Sequence record: SRR31156797_961
Reading direction: 5' to 3' (one strand)
DNA: 64,000 nucleotides
Below are positions 57,394 to 64,000 of this stretch, piece after piece; position 1 is the first letter of the stretch; each line of letters starts with the position of its first letter. Below the pieces are notes generated by a model. That model was given only the letters and a program-made list of their open reading frames with translations, searched no databases and was not told where the DNA came from. The translations under genes and the position numbers were made by a program.

Positions 57394-60153
57394 TCATTTG
57401 AGTACCACCTTTTTCATGCAACCGCCTGCTTCATTTTCAATCCAGAAAAAGTAAATGCCTTTGGGTTGCGATGCTATGTTGATCTCGGTATCCGAAGTTA
57501 TTTGGGTTTCCTGAACCGTTTGCCCCTTGGTATTCAGGATGGTGAGTCTGGCGGGATTTCCTGTTTTGCTTAATGAAATATTGAACCGGCCACTACCCGG
57601 ATTTGGAAATACCTGAACTGCAGATACGGTTGATGCATCAGCCCCGGTACTGAAAATTTTCCCGGGTAATACGGTTTCCCAAAGCCCCCGCCCAAAAGTG
57701 CCGGCACGCAGTTTTTGGCCGGTATAATTCACCTCTAACCAGTTTACAATCACGGCAGGGAGGTTTTCCGAAAACGGCTCCCATTGATCCATGTCTGCAT
57801 CCCTGAAATATACACCCACATCCGTTCCCACAAAAAGAGCATCATCACTTCCGTTTACATGAACAATGCAATTTACCGGCAGATTGGGCAGCCCTTCGTT
57901 CATGTCAGTCCAGTTTAATCCGTCGAAAATCTTCACTTTATAATTCTGGAGGTAACCACTGTAAGAAACCCATATTTTTTCAGGATTGGAGCTGCTAACG
58001 GCAATGTCGGTTACAAAATAGGTTCCATCTTCATTTCCGGGTGTTGGCGGGGTGATGTCTGTCCAGCCTGAAGCATTCAGGCCCCCTCCGGAGTTTGTTT
58101 GGAAAACCCTTACCGCATCAAAATCGGTTACCCAGCTATCCAGCTTGACAGATGAAAAATAAATGTAATCCGGATTAGCTGGTGCAATTTCCAAAGCATA
58201 AATGGCGCTGTTGAAGTTGTTCCAGCCTTCGGGTAAAATGGTGTTAACATCGGTAATTTTGTACCAGTCGGCTGGCACGGAGGCAGGGGCATCATCCACT
58301 TTCCAGAGGTTTATCCTGGCCTGAAAAAGCGTTTTGTTGTTAAAGGGATCGGCAACCAGTGAAGCGCCAAACCAGGAGGATTCGTTTACAGCAGGATCAT
58401 AGCCAATCATACTGAAATCCCACTTGGGATTTTCAAAGCTTTGACCCGACCGGAAAATGGATCCATTAAACGGATAGCTTACCGTGGCATACATCAGGTT
58501 CTGGTCGTCTTTGTCCATAAGGCATTCGAAACCATCAGCATTATTAATTTCGGTGAACCACTTGCCGCCTGTGCGATAGAAAATTCCCAAATCCTGACAA
58601 CCCATCATAACCTGGTCAGGGTCGATGGCTGAGCTTCCCAGGTTGTAAATGGTTGATAACCCCAATCCATTGTTTAGCTCTTCGGTTGAATTGAATTTGG
58701 ATTCGGATTCAAAAACCCGCTGATTATAAGCCCGTTTAAAACTACCGCCATCTGTAAATGCTTCGGGTATGTTTAAGTCCTGTTTAAACAGACCGCCATC
58801 TGTACCCACAAAAAGGACATTTTCTTCCCAGGGTGAAAAGGCAAGCTCATGGTAATCCACGTGCGCGTTCAGGATTAGGATTTTCCACCTTTCATCAGGA
58901 TTACTGCAATCCTTGATATAAGGCCTCACGCCGGCAGTATAAAGGGTTTCTGAGTTTGACGGGGATACGACCATTTCATTTCGCCCGCCTGTGATGGGTG
59001 CACGGCCTCCGGAATTAATGGTTGCGTTGAGTTCTGTCCAGGTTTCAAGAGCAATATCATATTGATAGAAATAAAAATGTGAAGCCGATTGCCAGTTGTA
59101 GGGAGGTGGTGTATCGCGGGTCATACAGTTGATGTAGAGGTAGTCACCCTGAGGTGCAACAGCTAAATTGCATACATGCACATATTCTTCGCCACCAAAC
59201 TGCGCTGCCCATGGGGTATTTGTGAAATCCAGCCCGCTGCCGGGTAGAGCAATGCGCTGCCATGATCCTGACTGGCCAAGCTGTTCAGAAGAAATAATAT
59301 CGGTTCCGGAAGCAAACAGGATATTTAAATCATCAGGATGGAAATCCATATTCCTGATTAATTCGTATTCATTATTCACCGATGGATAGACTTTGCTCCA
59401 GGCCGGATTTTGAGCGTTGCGGTTTTCTGTTCTGAAAATGCCCAGTGAGGTAGCTGCAAATGCAAGGGATTGATTTTGTGGATGCAGCAGCACTTTACCG
59501 ATGGTGAATGCTGTATCCAGGTTGTTCAGGCCTGCCGGCTGCCAGTTTTCGCCGGCATCATCCGACCGGTAAACGCCTATTGACCAGGTCCACTCGCTGT
59601 CCACATCCCCGGTTCCAAGGAAAATAATTTCAGGATTTTGTGGGTCGGGTGCAATAGATGAAACACCAAGGAAAGGCAGCTGAGAATCGGTGTTCAGGTT
59701 TACCCAGTTTTGTCCGGCATTGTAGCTCACCCAGGCTCCTCCTGATGGCGCCCCAACGTACATCGTATTGGTGTCGGTAGGGTGAAAAGCGATGGCGTCG
59801 ATGCGGCCGGTGCCTCCAAGCCCATTCTTTTTGGGGCCCAGTTCCACCCAGTTGGATTCCAGTTTTTCTGAAGTTCGTTTTTCCGGACAGTAGTTTTGAA
59901 GGTAGTTGTGCTGGTGATTTACTGCTTTGGTGAAATCGTAATCCGGCATCAGCCGTGGCCCCCAGAACTTTTCCAATCTCCTGAACTGGTTGTGCTCGCT
60001 GCTTTCATCGTATTTTCCATTATCCCCGTTAAAATTATTGTAATAGGATTGCTGGATTTCTTCGAAGTTGTGGCCGCAATTCTTTTGTGCATTTGCAGTA
60101 GGGGCTGCAATCAGGAATATTACAATGAGTAAAATTGTGTTTCCGGGTTTCAT
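57394..60153 (-). CDS. T9SS-secreted BNR/Asp-box (VPS10/glycosyl-hydrolase-like) beta-propeller protein
   Basis: Likely start 60153. GRI.AIAFHP, S.(N/D)AG.NW Asp-boxes, HVDYH, GTDGG, GTFGRGLW; VFPNP...KGIYF...KKVV sorting domain. Confidence 0.85.
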   Translation of the reverse strand: MKPGNTILLIVIFLIAAPTANAQKNCGHNFEEIQQSYYNNFNGDNGKYDESSEHNQFRRLEKFWGPRLMPDYDFTKAVNHQHNYLQNYCPEKRTSEKLESNWVELGPKKNGLGGTGRIDAIAFHPTDTNTMYVGAPSGGAWVSYNAGQNWVNLNTDSQLPFLGVSSIAPDPQNPEIIFLGTGDVDSEWTWSIGVYRSDDAGENWQPAGLNNLDTAFTIGKVLLHPQNQSLAFAATSLGIFRTENRNAQNPAWSKVYPSVNNEYELIRNMDFHPDDLNILFASGTDIISSEQLGQSGSWQRIALPGSGLDFTNTPWAAQFGGEEYVHVCNLAVAPQGDYLYINCMTRDTPPPYNWQSASHFYFYQYDIALETWTELNATINSGGRAPITGGRNEMVVSPSNSETLYTAGVRPYIKDCSNPDERWKILILNAHVDYHELAFSPWEENVLFVGTDGGLFKQDLNIPEAFTDGGSFKRAYNQRVFESESKFNSTEELNNGLGLSTIYNLGSSAIDPDQVMMGCQDLGIFYRTGGKWFTEINNADGFECLMDKDDQNLMYATVSYPFNGSIFRSGQSFENPKWDFSMIGYDPAVNESSWFGASLVADPFNNKTLFQARINLWKVDDAPASVPADWYKITDVNTILPEGWNNFNSAIYALEIAPANPDYIYFSSVKLDSWVTDFDAVRVFQTNSGGGLNASGWTDITPPTPGNEDGTYFVTDIAVSSSNPEKIWVSYSGYLQNYKVKIFDGLNWTDMNEGLPNLPVNCIVHVNGSDDALFVGTDVGVYFRDADMDQWEPFSENLPAVIVNWLEVNYTGQKLRAGTFGRGLWETVLPGKIFSTGADASTVSAVQVFPNPGSGRFNISLSKTGNPARLTILNTKGQTVQETQITSDTEINIASQPKGIYFFWIENEAGGCMKKVVLK

Positions 60154-60196
60154 GGTGGAAATTTTTAGTTCTCCAAAATTACGATTTCCTGCAAAC

Positions 60197-60233
60197 AAAA
60201 AAGGTGGTTTGCACGGATTGGCAAACCACCTTT
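60197..60233 (-). terminator. Intrinsic terminator after the C25 peptidase gene
   Basis: AAAGGTGGTTTGC...GCAAACCACCTTT stem with a T-run on the minus strand. Confidence 0.75.
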
Positions 60234-60255
60234 ATGATGTTTTATTTAGTTCAGC

Positions 60256-63200
60256 TTATTCAACCACTACTTTTTCAACAAAAGTTTTTTCATCGGTTTG
60301 CATGTGGATGAAATATATTCCTTTTGCGTGTGATGACAGGTCTATCATGGTTTCTGCATATGCAAGTTGATCCAAAATCAACCTTCCGAATGCGTTGTAA
60401 ATTTTGAGTTCAGCATTTTCGATGCCTTCCGGGATTGAAATGGTAAACCGGCCCTGGTTAGGATTTGGTGATATGGTGAAATCCTTTTCAGAAATCTCTT
60501 CAAAGCCAGGAGTCAGGTCAATCATAATTTCCAATGATTCAGAAAACGCACTTTCACCACATGCATTTACCGATCTTACATGAAGAAGAGCGGTACCACT
60601 ATAACCTGCCGGAAATGAAACTGTGATTTCATTGGTATTTCCATCAATAACACCAGCATCCTCTGGTATAATTTCCCAGATGTATTCCTGGATGCCTGTT
60701 ATTTCAGCAGTGATATAAGTTTCGGTTTGTGGATAATTGGAATTTATAAAAATGGGGCCGTCGGGCATCCCGGGGGTTTGTGGGTTGTCATGGATATAAA
60801 GCATCACGTCATCACTTACCGTTCCTCCACTCATGCCATCGGCAGTAACTGAAAGCATCACCTCGCCGTTCTGGATATCCTGGCTGCCTGGTGTATACGT
60901 TGGTTTCATCATATTTGTGTTATTGAATTCACCGTCACCATTGGTACTCCATGTAATACCCTGCACAAAGTATCCGGTAGCATCGGGCTGGAAGGTCTCG
61001 CCCTGGCATATGTTGCCGTCATCGCCGGCATTCATCGTGGCCTGTGCCAGTGGGGGGAACAGGATAAAGTCGATCCATGCGCAGTCGTTGCCACTTTGAA
61101 CGCCCTGATCTTTTTCATAAGCCCAGCGTAGGGTGTGCATTCCGGCGGGTACAACATATTCAACCAGCTGCCAGGCTTCCTCGCCCGACCACTGGCCTTT
61201 CAGTGAATTATCTACATAAAAGCTGAGGTAATCGTAGTTGGATTCCGAAGAAACCTTGCGGTAAAACGAAATGGTGTCGGTTTGCAGGATCATGATATCC
61301 AGCGAAATTTCGCTGTTGGCGTTATTGCCGATTGCACCAGACTTGATGCAGTAGCTTCCTTCCCACGGATCGTCGGTGCAGATCTCCCAGTCGGCGTTGC
61401 CGGAGAATTCCCAGTTGTGGGCTGAGAAGTCTCCGGTTTCGAAATTCTCGCTGATGGTACCCAAATCAAAAGTGTAGTTCCGTGTGATTTGATAAGCACC
61501 CGCTGAAACATCGGCAAAAACTTTGGCCACATCTCCTGTGGCTGCATCTTCGCTGATCAGCACTTCAAATCCCATGGTGCCGTTTTCGTTCACGCCAAGT
61601 GCAGGGCAGTCCATCGTTCCGGAAACAACGGTGATAAACTCATTCATGGCTTCCAGTTCCATCACGATATCCGGCGACAGGCAATGGCCCTGGTTCATCA
61701 GTTCAAATTCAAGTATGGCTGTTTCGCCCGGATCAAGCATGCTGTTGCCATTTCCGCCATCAAAATCATCTATCGTAATATTGGTGAAGTTTAACGCGGG
61801 TGCACAGGCAACAATATCAAAATCAGAATTCCAGGTATCCTGACCGATAGCATTAACCTCAATTTCGATGTTATGAAGATCCGGGATGTCATCTGCAATA
61901 ATCACTTCAAAAGCGTTTTCGATGGTGATGATCTGGCCGGGATCAAAATCGCCAAATTCTACGGCAAGGTAGGGGATGTTGATGAAAGGATCAAGCGAAC
62001 TCAGTGTAACTGTGACTCCCTCAGCTGATTGGTTTCCTACATTTTCAAGTGACAGGCTCAGCTCGATTGTTTCACCAAAATCTGCTTCACCATTGTTATT
62101 TCCAGAAGCATCGTTAATTTCAAAAGCATCAAAAATCACATAGGGCTGGTCGGTGATAACGGCAATATTTTCAGTGTACGTTGTTTTGTTGTGTGCTGTG
62201 ATGAAAACATCGATGATTTCGTTTGAGGCCAGAGGATAGAAAAATTCAACATCAACGTCACCGGATTCATCAGCCACGCCACGGCCAATAAGTATCCCGT
62301 CCTGTACCAGGCCCACCCGGGCAAATGGCGCGTCAGTTGAAACGCTGATCTCGCCCGAACCGATGGGTAAAGCATCGGGGTGGCTGGCCGAAATTGCCGT
62401 TGGCTGTGCCGTCCAGATATCCATGGTTGGGTCACCAAACAATGTGATTTCATAGGCACACCAGCGGATGACTCCACTGCTGAGAATCCTTGCGGTGTTA
62501 TCCTCACGCGAATCACTGTTGGCAACGCCAATCTGGGTCATATCCTCACCAAAAATGGCATCATAAAATTCACGGTCGAGATATTGTGATGCGCCATTCG
62601 TGTTGCCCGGTGAGTACCAGCCATATCTCGAGTTACCAAGTGTAGCCACTTCGGCTGTGGCAAGCACAGTAATATTTTCGCTAAAACAATCACCGGAATA
62701 TCCACCACCTGATCCGCGGTTATCGAAAGCCCCGTTGTAGCATCCCTGCGAATAGCCAATCACAAATCCACGCGAGATTCCATCATTTTGGAAATTTGAA
62801 ACCGTAATGTCATTGTTATACATTTTCATGTTATAACTTGTTGAGCTGTGCCCCAGGTGATTCAGCAGGTGACAACCCACATTGTTGAACTCATTGAAAA
62901 CATCGTTTTTGTTCCAGTTCGACAGTTTCTCGTATAGCTTGTTGATGTTAAAATTATCAGAAACCCCGGCAGTTGTATATCCAAAACTGGAACTTCCATA
63001 AACAACATCATCTTTGGAATCACCGCCCCAGGTTTGTTCATCAAGGGCTTCACCGACCATAAGCGACATTTCGATGTCTTCAACAACCGGTGTTTCCTGG
63101 TACTTGATTAATTTGTTGATCATATTTGATATTTCGGTTGGCGAGTCCACGCACATCCTGCCTATCATCACCTCGGCATATATGTCTTCTTCGCCCGGTT

Positions 63201-63999
63201 CGCCCCACCAACTGTTGTTGTTGCTGTTCCAGTTGCCGTCGAGACAGCAGTAGTACATGTCGGAAGGTAAATCGTCGTCAACGTTACCGCCGCCACCTGT
63301 TGTAACATAAAATCCACGGTGTGGAACTATCCGGCTACTGGCATTGTTTGGGTCGGCATCGCCACCGAGGATCACGTAAGTAAGGCCATGGTTTTCATAA
63401 TAGTCGATGATGCAGTTGCGGATCATCTCCTGATCGTCATCCCCGGGGTAGCTATTGTAAATATCTTCAACGGTTACCACCTGAATGGCAAATCCCCGTT
63501 CGGTTTTATAATCAATATAGGTCTGGAAAACATCTACAAAACTTTCTTTGGTAATCAGTAGAATATCAATGTTTTCATCGCGGGTAGGAGCGAATGAATA
63601 TCCGGAAATCATTTCAGGGTTTTCCACCAGGTTTGCAATGCGCTTTTGCGTGAGTGGGTTTGTGTGTCCCGATCTTATATCAGCCCTGGCGATGGGTTCT
63701 GTTTCAATTTCGAGGGTGATCTCTTCGAGGCACCTCACCATATTTTGTGCCGGGAAATATTCCATCGGGTTAATTCCTATAACTGCTATGGAGTAACCAC
63801 CCAGGAATTGTGTGCTTTGAATACCAATTGTTTTCGCAGGAAAGGGTTGGTCAGTATTGTAAATAGACAAATCAGCCACCGGCCGGTAATTTGCCGGAGC
63901 CGGTTTCGAAATCGGGAACTGGCGGCTGGCAGGCAGGATTTTTATGTTACCGATGTCATTTCTGTAAGTGGCAGATTTAACATGAACGGATTTGATTTG
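60256..63999 (-). CDS. C25 (gingipain-like) cysteine peptidase with Ig-like domains and T9SS CTD; 5' end beyond the window
   Basis: YVILGGD, SDMYY, IGR, NHLGHS (His) and YSQGC (Cys), LFGDP; ISPNP...KGIYF...EKVVVE. The frame is open from 63879 to the window end. Confidence 0.88.
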   Translation of the reverse strand, partial: QIKSVHVKSATYRNDIGNIKILPASRQFPISKPAPANYRPVADLSIYNTDQPFPAKTIGIQSTQFLGGYSIAVIGINPMEYFPAQNMVRCLEEITLEIETEPIARADIRSGHTNPLTQKRIANLVENPEMISGYSFAPTRDENIDILLITKESFVDVFQTYIDYKTERGFAIQVVTVEDIYNSYPGDDDQEMIRNCIIDYYENHGLTYVILGGDADPNNASSRIVPHRGFYVTTGGGGNVDDDLPSDMYYCCLDGNWNSNNNSWWGEPGEEDIYAEVMIGRMCVDSPTEISNMINKLIKYQETPVVEDIEMSLMVGEALDEQTWGGDSKDDVVYGSSSFGYTTAGVSDNFNINKLYEKLSNWNKNDVFNEFNNVGCHLLNHLGHSSTSYNMKMYNNDITVSNFQNDGISRGFVIGYSQGCYNGAFDNRGSGGGYSGDCFSENITVLATAEVATLGNSRYGWYSPGNTNGASQYLDREFYDAIFGEDMTQIGVANSDSREDNTARILSSGVIRWCAYEITLFGDPTMDIWTAQPTAISASHPDALPIGSGEISVSTDAPFARVGLVQDGILIGRGVADESGDVDVEFFYPLASNEIIDVFITAHNKTTYTENIAVITDQPYVIFDAFEINDASGNNNGEADFGETIELSLSLENVGNQSAEGVTVTLSSLDPFINIPYLAVEFGDFDPGQIITIENAFEVIIADDIPDLHNIEIEVNAIGQDTWNSDFDIVACAPALNFTNITIDDFDGGNGNSMLDPGETAILEFELMNQGHCLSPDIVMELEAMNEFITVVSGTMDCPALGVNENGTMGFEVLISEDAATGDVAKVFADVSAGAYQITRNYTFDLGTISENFETGDFSAHNWEFSGNADWEICTDDPWEGSYCIKSGAIGNNANSEISLDIMILQTDTISFYRKVSSESNYDYLSFYVDNSLKGQWSGEEAWQLVEYVVPAGMHTLRWAYEKDQGVQSGNDCAWIDFILFPPLAQATMNAGDDGNICQGETFQPDATGYFVQGITWSTNGDGEFNNTNMMKPTYTPGSQDIQNGEVMLSVTADGMSGGTVSDDVMLYIHDNPQTPGMPDGPIFINSNYPQTETYITAEITGIQEYIWEIIPEDAGVIDGNTNEITVSFPAGYSGTALLHVRSVNACGESAFSESLEIMIDLTPGFEEISEKDFTISPNPNQGRFTISIPEGIENAELKIYNAFGRLILDQLAYAETMIDLSSHAKGIYFIHMQTDEKTFVEKVVVE

Positions 64000-64000
64000 C

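Overview
Chromosomal segment of an anaerobic Bacteroidota organism, most likely Bacteroidales. This rests on several T9SS C-terminal sorting domains, TAnnTTTG-type promoters and a TonB-dependent receptor. No rRNA, tRNA, CRISPR array, integrase or transposase was recognised. Main content: (i) T9SS cargo, namely two 8xPKD Cys-rich proteins, an FG-GAP protein, a BNR/VPS10-like protein and a C25 gingipain-like peptidase; (ii) a HEPN/MNT toxin-antitoxin pair and a GIY-YIG nuclease; (iii) a redox locus (25.9-36.3 kb) with a HydABC/Bfu-type three-subunit flavoenzyme whose large subunit carries a GltD-like NADPH module and a degenerate molybdopterin domain, next to an NfnAB pair. NfnB there is fused to an unnamed 8-Cys domain that also occurs as a tandem duplicate in the adjacent upstream gene; (iv) a 14-kb stress/envelope gene block (43.0-57.2 kb) headed by an AraC regulator. 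In this block five promoters share an identically spaced 67-bp architecture (two TGTAA half-sites 21 bp apart, then a Bacteroidota -7 box), i.e. a regulon readable directly from the sequence. Items (iii) and (iv) are the strongest candidates for undescribed biology. All family assignments come from motif recognition by eye; no database search was run.
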